Shown: positions 24,528 through 32,791 of the stretch, piece by piece | How positions within the stretch are numbered: the first letter of the stretch is position 1 | How the letters are laid out: each line of letters begins with the position of its first letter | Virus record (IMG/VR): IMGVR_UViG_3300049749_000001 | Span: 1-61,595 of that record | Length of the DNA stretch: 61,595 bases | Source of the DNA: a virus | Strand: one strand, 5' to 3' | Notes under the pieces: model-generated | What the model was told of the DNA's origin: nothing | What the model saw: the letters and a program-made list of their open reading frames with translations, nothing else | Database searches by the model: none | Made by a program: the position numbers and the translations under genes

Positions 24528-26147
24528 TCAGGCTTTCGCGGTTTGTCGTTGTTCCTCCGTTGCGATGAACAGGTCAATCTCTCGCAATACCCCTGCGAGC
24601 TCGCGCACATTGCCGTATTTGTGGCGGAAGAACCCCAGGTCGTGCATTGCCACTGCAAGCAGGGCGCCGTTACTGCCCACGGGTTTCAGGTTACGCGCCG
24701 CTATCGGCCTTGGTGAGAGTGCGGGGGAGGGCGCCGGCGTTGCCACTGGCGCGGGGGTTGCCACTTCTACGGGCTTTGCCGCTGCCGCGATTTCAGCCTG
24801 GGCGCGTTCCCTTGCCAGCCGGTCCGCTTCCGCCTGTATGCGTTGACGCTCCGCTTCCCGTTTTTGCGCTTCCTGCTGCTTGTGCTGCGCAATGCGGTTC
24901 TGAATCACCATCTGAAAATCATCATCCGCCTTGTACGCAAGCTGCTGCATGTCGGATAGCAGGAAGGTGTAATCGGCCGCATGTTCCTTTGCCCACGCAA
25001 TGCGCCTACGAACGCCTTGGGCGATGCCATCCGTCGTTATCTTGGCACTGGCGAGTGTCGAAGATATGGCGTCATCCAAGCTGGCCAGCGTGCGCTTGTT
25101 CTTGATTGCGCCCTGGAAGTCGGGTTGCGGATAAACCAGCCGAACCGGGAAAAGCTCGGTTTCAAGATTGGTCACATGAACGGCAAAGTCAACCCGCGCC
25201 TTGCTGATGAAACTGTTCCGGATCACGTCCTTTTGCGTCTTGATCATCTTGTCCAGGGTGAGGCGCTTGCCGCGCAACTGGTCGCGGACGTAATCAATGG
25301 TGATCATCACGTCCTCGATGCTTGCGGTTTGCGATATCACCGCTGCTTTCGTCAGCTCCAGTTCCTTCTCAGCCTTCTCGCAGAACTTGACGGTTTCCTC
25401 CGCGTACGCAAAATCCTCGTCGGTTTTGAGGTCCGTCTTGATACAAGCGAGGAAGGTTTGGGCGGATTTGGTGAAAGCGGGAAGATTGCTCGTGACAACC
25501 TCCCCGCGTATTTGAATCGCCAGCGCCGGAAGTTGCCGGATCGCGGCGACTTGCGGCTTCTCTGGATGAACTACGGGCACGTATGCGGCCAAGTCGTTAG
25601 AAAACTGAAACCAACCTGCGCGGATACGCTCGAACCATGCCGGATCCGGCAATACCTCGAGGTAAACCAAGTTTTCGCGGGTACCGTCAGAAACCGTGAA
25701 AATCAGCTTCTCGGCGCCCGTTACCATGAGAACCTGCTGGCATTGGGGTATATGCTCGTTTGGCAGGATGCCATCGCGCACGCTCGCCGCCAGTATCCGG
25801 TTCCATTGCTTATGCTCGAATGCAATGGTCTCCATCATGTTCAAGCCGTCGCACGAGGCGGAATAGATGCCATCGGAGCACGTAACCGGGTAGAGGTCAT
25901 CCCCGATCATTTGCTCGATGATGGGACGCGCCAGTGCTTCAACGGCGTGGCCAAGGTCAAGGATGTTCTTCTGCATCCAGTCCGAGAACTCCTTTGCGGT
26001 GCCCGTGTGCTTCATGTGCAGCAACTCGGTACGCTTGATGTGCGGCGAGAGGCCGAGCATAGGCGCGGCTTCGCTTGCGCCGTAGTGCTCAAGCCGGAAT
26101 TGATGCCATTCCGGGCTTCCTTGGGTGAAATTGTGAATAATCATCAT
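24528..26147 (-). CDS. YqaJ/lambda-Exo-type recombination exonuclease fused to a roughly 340-aa C-terminal extension
   Basis: The N-terminus QGSPEWHQFRLEHYGASEAAPMLG...SASCDGL...IAFEHKQW is the YqaJ PD-(D/E)xK pattern. The extension is coiled-coil rich and includes an A/P-rich linker PVEVATPAPVATPAPSPALSP. Confidence 0.8.
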   Translation of the reverse strand: MMIIHNFTQGSPEWHQFRLEHYGASEAAPMLGLSPHIKRTELLHMKHTGTAKEFSDWMQKNILDLGHAVEALARPIIEQMIGDDLYPVTCSDGIYSASCDGLNMMETIAFEHKQWNRILAASVRDGILPNEHIPQCQQVLMVTGAEKLIFTVSDGTRENLVYLEVLPDPAWFERIRAGWFQFSNDLAAYVPVVHPEKPQVAAIRQLPALAIQIRGEVVTSNLPAFTKSAQTFLACIKTDLKTDEDFAYAEETVKFCEKAEKELELTKAAVISQTASIEDVMITIDYVRDQLRGKRLTLDKMIKTQKDVIRNSFISKARVDFAVHVTNLETELFPVRLVYPQPDFQGAIKNKRTLASLDDAISSTLASAKITTDGIAQGVRRRIAWAKEHAADYTFLLSDMQQLAYKADDDFQMVIQNRIAQHKQQEAQKREAERQRIQAEADRLARERAQAEIAAAAKPVEVATPAPVATPAPSPALSPRPIAARNLKPVGSNGALLAVAMHDLGFFRHKYGNVRELAGVLREIDLFIATEEQRQTAKA

Positions 26148-27157
26148 TGCTCGCCTCTAAGTGAATGCCATGAATCAATCTCAAACTTCTGTTCCTCGCT
26201 TAGCAAAACGCCCTTGCTCTCAATCATCGCAATCAGGGCGGCGGGGGTTTTCTTGTTTTCGTCGATGAGTTTCTTCCAGCCGTCTTTCTTGGCGTTGAAT
26301 GCCTCGGCGGTGAACATGGGGTAAACGGGCGCCGGTCCCTCAATCGGTTCCTGATGCGGTTCCTCCTGTATCTCGCCGGTTTCCTCGTCCACGACGGATG
26401 GCGGCACATAGTCGTTATTCACCGCGTGCTCGATGGTCAAGCCCTGAGAGCCGATTTCGGCTGCGTCGTTGAGCGAGATTGCCGCGTTCATTTCCGGGGA
26501 GGCTGGCATGTACTTAAGCACTTGCAGGAGCACGACCTTTCGGGCGTACATTTCCATGTTTTCGTGGGCGTAATGCTTGGTGCCTACCTTGTTGTAGCGG
26601 GCTAGGTGGATGCGCACGCGATTCATGCTCCATACCTCTATAACCGGCCACTCCGAACCTTTCACGCGGCCTACGGCGTACACATACATCAGCCTGTTGA
26701 CGTCGAACTCATCGCCCGGTTTGTGGAGGATGAATGGACGGTCCCCGAGCGCATAGTTGAACTCGTCGCCTTCAAACACTGCGCCGGTCCAGACTGTTGC
26801 ATTGCCGGCACGGTTAACCAGATCGACAAGCCCTTTCCAGCCCGGTACGAACTGGCACTCAGTGATTTTCTTCCACTGTCCGTCTATAAGCTGCTTGCGT
26901 TCGTACGGGATGAGATAGGACCGTCCCAGGGTATTCGGCTCCAGTCCCAACTGGCTCGCCTGGATGACTGCGGCAAAGACGCTGCGCGGGTCGCATTGGC
27001 CAAGTTTGGGATTCTGGCGAAAGGCGGTAAGTGCGATACGGGCAAATCGTTCCGCCTTCAAGTGGGTAGGGAGTGCTCTATGAAGCTCGCCCTTGTACTG
27101 TTCCAGCATCGCCGGAAAATTCCGGGGCGATGTTTCTTTCATTGTTGCGGTATTCAT
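26144..27157 (-). CDS. recT: RecT-family single-strand annealing protein
   Basis: PRSVFAAVIQASQLGLEPNTLGRSYLIPY...CQFVPGWKGLVDLVNRAG. Start moved to ATG 27157 after GGAGAG. Confidence 0.85.
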   Translation of the reverse strand: MNTATMKETSPRNFPAMLEQYKGELHRALPTHLKAERFARIALTAFRQNPKLGQCDPRSVFAAVIQASQLGLEPNTLGRSYLIPYERKQLIDGQWKKITECQFVPGWKGLVDLVNRAGNATVWTGAVFEGDEFNYALGDRPFILHKPGDEFDVNRLMYVYAVGRVKGSEWPVIEVWSMNRVRIHLARYNKVGTKHYAHENMEMYARKVVLLQVLKYMPASPEMNAAISLNDAAEIGSQGLTIEHAVNNDYVPPSVVDEETGEIQEEPHQEPIEGPAPVYPMFTAEAFNAKKDGWKKLIDENKKTPAALIAMIESKGVLLSEEQKFEIDSWHSLRGEQ

Positions 27158-27177
27158 GGTCTCTCCTGTTGTTGTTG

Positions 27178-27465
27178 TTAAAGGTACTCGTTTGCCGCTT
27201 TGTGCTTCGCGGCCGCAAGGCAAACGGCTTCGCGCAAGGTTCCGGCGCTAGTCTTTCCCTCGTCGGTGTACAGCGTGAACCCGCCCCTGTATTGCGGGGT
27301 AGGGCGGTTATAAACGGCTTGGTCGCAATACTCAGCGAGCCAATCGAGTGTTTCCGTATCGTTCAGGTCAAGCGGGGCAAGTTCCTGCTCTGCCTTCGCC
27401 CGTGCCCGTATTTCATAAAGCCTGGGTGTATCTATGCCGACCTCCTGCAATGCCAGCGCAGCCAT
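27178..27465 (-). CDS. Hypothetical early protein (95 aa), first gene of the leftward operon
   Basis: ORF 27178..27522. Start moved to ATG 27465, preceded by AGGAGA. Confidence 0.55.
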   Translation of the reverse strand: MAALALQEVGIDTPRLYEIRARAKAEQELAPLDLNDTETLDWLAEYCDQAVYNRPTPQYRGGFTLYTDEGKTSAGTLREAVCLAAAKHKAANEYL

Positions 27466-27527
27466 AACGCGTCTCCTGTTTATTGTTTTTGCGCCGCACG
27501 CCCGGACATGGGAATACGGCATTAAAA

Positions 27528-27556
27528 ATGTTACTAAATGGTAAATTTAAAGTCAA
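27528..27556 (-). promoter_or_regulatory. PL-like early promoter with embedded operator
   Basis: The minus strand reads TTGACT-N17-TAACAT. The spacer holds TTACCATTTAGTAA. The 29-nt unit is near-identical to the PR unit at 28599-28627. Confidence 0.65.
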
Positions 27557-27631
27557 TTTAATTCTGCACCGTTTGGTGCACTCAAAAAACGCAAATTGGA
27601 CTTTGTTACGGTTTTAGTGACGAAAGTGCAA

Positions 27632-27656
27632 TAAAAAACCCGCTTTAAGCGGGTTT
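27632..27656 (-). terminator. Rho-independent terminator after the moron gene
   Basis: The minus strand reads AAACCCGC-TTAAA-GCGGGTTT followed by a T run. It separates the cI-moron transcript from PL. Confidence 0.75.
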
Positions 27657-27678
27657 GGAGGGGGTTAGCTAAACAGCA

Positions 27679-27984
27679 TTAATGGACGAGTCCGGGCCTG
27701 GGCAATCCGGGAAGAGGGGCGATAGGGGCGATGCCTTGCCGAAGCTGGCGATTGAGTGAATCCATGATGATTAAGTCATCGCGCATCTGTTGATTGGATT
27801 CTCGCCTTAGTTGCGACTCTACTAGCCTAAGTTGAGCTCTTCGTAGTTCGGCTTCTTCGTTGAGGCCAAGAGACTCTTGGTGTGCGCGGTTAGCACGCTC
27901 AAGACGTTCAGATAAAGACACTTCAGCTTGGACACTTCCGCATATCAAGACTCCGGCGATGAGTGCCGGAATTAAGGGTTTCAT
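27679..27984 (-). CDS. Secreted coiled-coil protein (101 aa) in the rex-equivalent position
   Basis: Signal peptide MKPLIPALIAGVLICGSVQA/EV. AAGGAG RBS. Visibly more AT-rich than the flanking DNA. It has its own terminator. Confidence 0.7.
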   Translation of the reverse strand: MKPLIPALIAGVLICGSVQAEVSLSERLERANRAHQESLGLNEEAELRRAQLRLVESQLRRESNQQMRDDLIIMDSLNRQLRQGIAPIAPLPGLPRPGLVH

Positions 27985-28055
27985 AGCTTTGCTCCTTAAA
28001 GAGTTTCTACTTGGCTACTAAGAAGGTTTCTAAGTGGCTTCGTAGTTATTAGTTT

Positions 28056-28505
28056 TCAAAGGTGAGCGGGACGTTCTTCTTCATCTTTCCGTCGCTCAGG
28101 GTTTTTCCGTTTGTCTTCAGAGGGATGAATGGGCTCAGTTCGCATACGTCGTCGTCGTTGCCTGTTATCCGTGCTCTCATCGAGAGACGAATTCTTTTTT
28201 TTAGATGCCATCTGGCAGAAGGCCAGGACGAGCCTTTGTTCTTCTTCGGAGAGCCTCGATACGAGCTCCATGATTTGATGAACCAGCGAGTGAGTATCGC
28301 TCGGCATATCAAGATACATAGGAGGAAGGCCAGCCCTAAGTTCTATCAAACGCGCCTTCTTCTCTCCAAAGGACTTGTTTCTTAGCAGTCCCGATAACTC
28401 GCTAGGGCTGATGCCTGTCCGTTGCACGAAAGAAACAAGCAGCCCATCAAAGCTCGTATCAATTAAGTGCCGAAGTCTCTTACGGCGTGTGGCTACGATA
28501 TCCAT
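28056..28505 (-). CDS. CI-like phage repressor (HTH, no S24 peptidase domain)
   Basis: RLRHLIDTSFDGLLVSFVQRTGISPSELSGLLRNK is a CI/XRE-type HTH. It is divergent from the cro-like gene across an operator-bearing spacer. Confidence 0.65.
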   Translation of the reverse strand: MDIVATRRKRLRHLIDTSFDGLLVSFVQRTGISPSELSGLLRNKSFGEKKARLIELRAGLPPMYLDMPSDTHSLVHQIMELVSRLSEEEQRLVLAFCQMASKKKNSSLDESTDNRQRRRRMRTEPIHPSEDKRKNPERRKDEEERPAHL

Positions 28506-28528
28506 GTCACGTCACATCTCCTGTTGTT

Positions 28529-28557
28529 ATTAATGTCCCTGTTTTTATTGTGATCAA
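28529..28557 (-). promoter_or_regulatory. Candidate PRM-like promoter for the repressor
   Basis: The minus strand reads TTGATC-N17-ATTAAT, about 24 nt upstream of the repressor ATG. Confidence 0.3.
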
Positions 28558-28570
28558 TTGTTCGGTTATT

Positions 28571-28584
28571 TTACTAAAAAGTAA
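28571..28584. promoter_or_regulatory. Perfect 14-bp palindromic operator TTACTAAAAAGTAA
   Basis: It shares the TTAC(T/C)-N4-AGTAA half-sites with the operators inside PR (28611-24) and PL (27531-44). Confidence 0.6.
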
Positions 28585-28598
28585 AGCACCAATGAGTA

Positions 28599-28627
28599 TT
28601 GACTCTAAATTTACCAAAAAGTAACAT
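28599..28627 (+). promoter_or_regulatory. PR-like early promoter with embedded operator
   Basis: TTGACT (28599-604), a 17-nt spacer containing TTACCAAAAAGTAA, and TAACAT (28622-27). The ORF-track TTG start at 28599 is this -35 element. Confidence 0.65.
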
Positions 28628-28658
28628 CCGGTACTTAAAAAAAGCCTCGGTGGCAGTC

Positions 28659-28952
28659 ATGAAGCAGCTACACGAACTGCGGTCACTCAAGAATGCGGGG
28701 ATACGCGTGGCGAATCAGGCCATGCTCCGGTACCTCAACAGCTTGCCGCCACGGGAGCGGGACGTCCTGGCCAAGCAGCTTAAGACCAGTCAAAGCTACT
28801 TGCGCAAGGCGGCGTCGCGGGGTGAGGTATTGCGCGAGGAGATATGTTCTGAATTAGAACGAATCAGCCGCCGAAAAGTTACGCGTCAAATGTTGCGCCC
28901 GTACGATTGGGAAACAATATGGCCTGAATTGCGTCAGGCCAAAGCCGCATAA
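28659..28952 (+). CDS. Cro/YdaS-like HTH regulator
   Basis: LAKQLKTSQSYLRKAAS...RKVTRQMLRPYDWETIWPEL resembles the YdaS/Cro family C-terminus. I prefer the ATG at 28659; a GTG at 28650 is also possible. Confidence 0.6.
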   Translation: MKQLHELRSLKNAGIRVANQAMLRYLNSLPPRERDVLAKQLKTSQSYLRKAASRGEVLREEICSELERISRRKVTRQMLRPYDWETIWPELRQAKAA

Positions 28953-28995
28953 CCCCCAACCTGCCGCAAGAGCAGGGTCCAGCAATTGCTTTGCT

Positions 28996-30060
28996 ATGGT
29001 TGGACCTATCGAAACATATCCCCTCAATCACTGCTACGCAGGTGATAGCCGCGTCACGCTCAAGCTCCTTGAGCCTTGCAGCGTGCAAGTTTGTGTCACG
29101 TCACCCCCCTATTACGGGTTGCGTTCGTATCTTCATGATACTCATCCTTATAAAAACCTTGAAATCGGTGGGGAAAAGACGCCGGATGAGTACGTCGCGG
29201 CGCTGGTCGAGGTTTTCCGGGAGGTTTGGCGCGTGTTGCGGGACGATGGCACGCTCTGGCTGAACCTGGGAGATAGTTACGCCGGCACAGGCAAGAGCGG
29301 CGGGGGAGCTCAGGGCAGGCGATGGGAAGAGTGCGGGATGGATACTACCGGAGCTCGAGGAGGCAAATGGATGCCGCCACCAGCAGGGCTCAAGCCGAAA
29401 GACTTGATCGGTATCCCCTGGCGCGTGGCATTTGCACTACAGGCGGATGGCTGGTACCTGCGGCAAGACATAATCTGGCACAAGCCCAATCCCATGCCGG
29501 AGAGTGTCACAGACCGATGCACCAAGGCACACGAGTACCTGTTCCTGTTGAGCAAATCCCCCAGGTACTACTTCGATAACGAGACGATAAAAGAAGCGTG
29601 CGCCCTGCAGGAATACAAGACGCCGGATGGATGGGATACCAGCAAGGGGGAGGGCGGGCACGGCCCATTTCACAAGAATGGCCGCGAGAAAGGCAAAACC
29701 GACAAGCAACGCGGGCATGGCCGCATCTATACCGGGTTTAACGAGCGATACGACGCCAAAGAAGCGGCGCAGCAGTTAACCGGCACTCGCAACAAACGGA
29801 GTGTTTGGACGATCCCAACGCGCCCGTATGCACAAGCCCACTTCGCAACATACCCCCCTGAACTCATCGAACCCTGCATTTTGGCCGGCACTCGCCCAGG
29901 CCAGATCGTACTTGACCCCTTTTTTGGATCCGGCACCACTGGCGAAGTAGCGCAACGCCTGGGGCGCCGGTGGATTGGCTGTGAACTTAACCCTGAGTAT
30001 GCCCTTTTACAAAATGAACGGACCCGCCAAGACGGGTTTGCCTTGGAGACGATGGAATGA
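28996..30060 (+). CDS. Stand-alone DNA methyltransferase (N4/N6 class, beta order)
   Basis: Motif IV VCVTSPPYYGLRSY comes before motif I LDPFFGSGTTGEVAQRLGRRWIGCELNPEY. Confidence 0.85.
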   Translation: MVGPIETYPLNHCYAGDSRVTLKLLEPCSVQVCVTSPPYYGLRSYLHDTHPYKNLEIGGEKTPDEYVAALVEVFREVWRVLRDDGTLWLNLGDSYAGTGKSGGGAQGRRWEECGMDTTGARGGKWMPPPAGLKPKDLIGIPWRVAFALQADGWYLRQDIIWHKPNPMPESVTDRCTKAHEYLFLLSKSPRYYFDNETIKEACALQEYKTPDGWDTSKGEGGHGPFHKNGREKGKTDKQRGHGRIYTGFNERYDAKEAAQQLTGTRNKRSVWTIPTRPYAQAHFATYPPELIEPCILAGTRPGQIVLDPFFGSGTTGEVAQRLGRRWIGCELNPEYALLQNERTRQDGFALETME

Positions 30061-30890
30061 ACTACTACGCGCACCACCTGGGCGATTATGCGGAAGCAAC
30101 CGCCCATCTGAGCTTTCTTGAAGATGCGGCATATAGCCGTCTCATCCGCAAATACTATGCGACAGAAAAGCCGTTCCCATGTGACGTCAAGACCGTACAG
30201 CGACTCGTGGGTGCGCGGACGAAAGAGGAGCGGGAAGCGGTGGCAACTGTGCTTGCCGAGTTCTTTGTTCTTTACCAGGGGTCGTTTCACAACACCCGAT
30301 GCGACAGAGAGATTGCTGCTTACCGCGACAAGCAATCCAAGGCGAAACGTAGTGCGGATAGCCGATGGAGTGCAACCAAAACGCCAAGCGAAGGCAATGC
30401 GAACGCAGTGCCAACGCAATGCGAAGGCAATGCTAACCAAGAGCCAATAGCCAATAGCCAAGAACCAGAACCAAAGACGGAGGTTATACACACAGAGTTA
30501 GATACTCCCCGCGACGAGAGCGATCAACCGGAAGGCGCGTGTTTACCTCCAGACCCGGTTAAAACGACAGAAGCAGGGCTTTGCTGCAAGGCAATAATGA
30601 ATCAGGGCGTGCAAGGCGGAAACCCAACCCATCCGACCCTGATTGCCTTGATCGAAGCCGGCGCCACTGAAACCGAGTTTGCCAATGCCGCAAGGGATGC
30701 CGTGACACGGGGACACCACAGTTTTGCGTACGTTGTCGGGATCGTGAAGCGGCGGCGTGAAGAAGCGGCAAAGATGGTGCTGCACCAGGGGCGATTGCCG
30801 AACAAGCAAGAGGCGCTTGAAGAGGCGAACAGGCGAGTAGCGGCCGCGTGGATGCCGATAGAAATGAGGGAGGCGAGAAATGCAGTCTAA
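30057..30890 (+). CDS. DUF1376/YdaU-like replication-module protein
   Basis: MNYYAHHLGDYAEATAHLSFLEDAAYSRLIRKYY is the characteristic N-terminus. There is an ATGA overlap with the MTase gene. Confidence 0.6.
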   Translation: MNYYAHHLGDYAEATAHLSFLEDAAYSRLIRKYYATEKPFPCDVKTVQRLVGARTKEEREAVATVLAEFFVLYQGSFHNTRCDREIAAYRDKQSKAKRSADSRWSATKTPSEGNANAVPTQCEGNANQEPIANSQEPEPKTEVIHTELDTPRDESDQPEGACLPPDPVKTTEAGLCCKAIMNQGVQGGNPTHPTLIALIEAGATETEFANAARDAVTRGHHSFAYVVGIVKRRREEAAKMVLHQGRLPNKQEALEEANRRVAAAWMPIEMREARNAV

Positions 30891-31527
30891 CGATTTCGAG
30901 GCATTCCGCGAAGGGCTTGCGGGTGTGCTGTCCTTCTACGATAAAGCGGTATCCGCCTTTGTTCTCGACGCATGGTGGGCGGCTATGAAGCGATACGAGC
31001 TCGCTGAGGTCGTGGATGCCTTCAACCGGCACCTTGCAAACCCGGACAAAGGGCACTTTACGCCAAGGCCCGCCGACATTACTGCAATGTTGCAGGGTTC
31101 CTCACAAGACGGCGCCTTGCGAGCCTGGGCAAAGGTTGACCGGGCTTTGCGCGAGAAGGGTCCGTATCGGGACGTGGTATTCGATGATCCCCTGATTCAT
31201 CGCGTGCTTACCGACATGGGCGGATGGGTAGCCCTCAGCAAGAAAGGCGATGACGAATGGCCGTTCGTGGCCAAGGAATTCGAGAATCGGTACCGGGGTT
31301 TCAGCGTGCGCAGCGAAACGCCGGAATACCCGCGCAAGTTGATCGGCCTGATCACGGCGGAGAACGGAAAAAAAGGATTCAAGGGTGATGAGCCCGTGCT
31401 CATTGGGGATCCGCAAAAGGCAATGCGGGTGATGAGCGGCGGTTCGGACAGGCCGGCGCTGCAGTTCCGGCAATTCAACGAATCGGATATGCCGGTTCCT
31501 GCGCCACAACTGAGGCAGGTTGGATGA
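30880..31527 (+). CDS. Hypothetical replication-module protein (215 aa)
   Basis: Closed ORF coupled to its flanking genes. No firm motif. Confidence 0.55.
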   Translation: MQSNDFEAFREGLAGVLSFYDKAVSAFVLDAWWAAMKRYELAEVVDAFNRHLANPDKGHFTPRPADITAMLQGSSQDGALRAWAKVDRALREKGPYRDVVFDDPLIHRVLTDMGGWVALSKKGDDEWPFVAKEFENRYRGFSVRSETPEYPRKLIGLITAENGKKGFKGDEPVLIGDPQKAMRVMSGGSDRPALQFRQFNESDMPVPAPQLRQVG

Positions 31528-31697
31528 TTGTTGGAGAAACGACATGGCGCGGTGAGCTCGTGGTGTCGGTAACGCCGATAACTGGCCAGTGCCAGGAGAC
31601 GCCGGAACAGGAAAAGGCACGGGAGAAAGCAGGAAAGCCTGCGCCTCTGTACAGCTACACCGCAATCAGCGTGAAGAGCGGGGCGCCCTGGGAATGA
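31524..31697 (+). CDS. Small hypothetical protein (57 aa, below the ORF-track cutoff)
   Basis: Hand-translated as MIVGETTWRGELVVSVTPITGQCQ...SVKSGAPWE. It has an ATGA overlap with the upstream stop and fills an otherwise empty gap. Confidence 0.4.
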   Translation: MIVGETTWRGELVVSVTPITGQCQETPEQEKAREKAGKPAPLYSYTAISVKSGAPWE

Positions 31698-31703
31698 TGG
31701 GCT

Positions 31704-32105
31704 ATGGGACTCGTTAGCAGGAAACCGAGGAATGAGGCGGAATTCGATCATCAATGCGCTTTGTTCAAGTGGGCACGGATGCCCGCGATGCAGAAGCGGT
31801 ACCCGGGGCTTGACCTGCTTTGCGCGTCGTTGAATGGAATCCACATGACGCCCTCCCAGGCATGGAAGGCGAGCCAATCGGGGATGCTCTCGGGAGAGCA
31901 CGACGTCTGCTTGCGCGTGGCACGAGGCGGATACCACGGCCTCTCCATCGAGCTCAAGGCGGGAAAGAACAAGGCAACGGCACGGCAACTCTGGTACGGG
32001 GACCGGCTGACAGAAGAAGGATGGCTAGTGGGTTACTGCTGGCACTGGACCGCGGCGGCGGATTTAATCATGGCGTATTTATCAGGAAGGATGACGAGGG
32101 TATGA
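31704..32105 (+). CDS. VRR-NUC domain nuclease
   Basis: GMLSGEHDVCLRVARGGYHGLSIELKAGKNKATARQLWYGDRLTEEGW fits the PD-(D/E)xK VRR-NUC pattern. Confidence 0.7.
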   Translation: MGLVSRKPRNEAEFDHQCALFKWARMPAMQKRYPGLDLLCASLNGIHMTPSQAWKASQSGMLSGEHDVCLRVARGGYHGLSIELKAGKNKATARQLWYGDRLTEEGWLVGYCWHWTAAADLIMAYLSGRMTRV

Positions 32106-32509
32106 GCGCAATTTCGGGCACAAGAAGGAAAGCGGGAGAAATGACGGATGGCACGCTGCGTGTCGTGATTGACATTGACGATCAGCACAAGGCCGCATTC
32201 CACGAGCTTTTTCCCATTATCGACATGCCGGTGGCCATAGCGCCGCTTGTTGGCGATTTCGAGCGATTGCCGGCACCTGAAAAATTCAGGATCGGACCCC
32301 TTTGCAGTCTTGCCGTACGGTGGTGCCAGGATAAGGACTTCCAGCAATGGGCAGAAGCGGAGACGGAAGAACAGGCGCGTGACCACATACTGAACATTTG
32401 CGGCGTGGAATCCAGGAAGGAGATTGACCAGGATGCAGAGGCGGCGGCTTTGTTCAACGAGGAAATCCGGGTGCCCTACATGAACTCCAGGAAGGAGCGG
32501 GACATTTGA
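32102..32509 (+). CDS. Hypothetical protein (135 aa)
   Basis: ORF 31820..32509. Start moved to ATG 32102, which overlaps the VRR-NUC stop. Confidence 0.5.
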   Translation: MSAISGTRRKAGEMTDGTLRVVIDIDDQHKAAFHELFPIIDMPVAIAPLVGDFERLPAPEKFRIGPLCSLAVRWCQDKDFQQWAEAETEEQARDHILNICGVESRKEIDQDAEAAALFNEEIRVPYMNSRKERDI

Positions 32510-32512
32510 ACC

Positions 32513-32791
32513 GTGAGCCCTGCGCAACGGCACAAGAGCGTTGTTGCCCGCCTGGGATGCGTGATCTGCCGTGCGTTCTATGGCAAGCGGACCCCTCCCC
32601 AGGTGCACCATATCGCGGAAGGCTCCGGCCTGCGCAGTCCGTACATGACGGCGGGGCTCTGCCTTGAGCATCACCAGGGAGCGAGCGGGTTTCATACGTT
32701 GAAGGAGGAATTTCTGATTCAGTACAAATTGCCAACCGAGTATCACTTGCTGCTGCTGGTTAACCGTTTCCGCGCGGAAGATCGAATATGA
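32513..32791 (+). CDS. Ref/HNH-like (RecA-dependent nuclease family) small protein
   Basis: LGCVICRAFYGKRTPPQVHHI...GLCLEHHQGASGFH has the Cys pair plus HH...HH pattern of Ref-like HNH proteins. Confidence 0.45.
   Translation: MSPAQRHKSVVARLGCVICRAFYGKRTPPQVHHIAEGSGLRSPYMTAGLCLEHHQGASGFHTLKEEFLIQYKLPTEYHLLLLVNRFRAEDRI

Noticed and set aside
28599-28658. The ORF-track TTG start at 28599 for the cro-like gene
   Set aside because: That TTG is the first three bases of a TTGACT -35 hexamer, with a matching TAACAT -10 17 nt downstream. The protein more plausibly starts at ATG 28659 (or GTG 28650).
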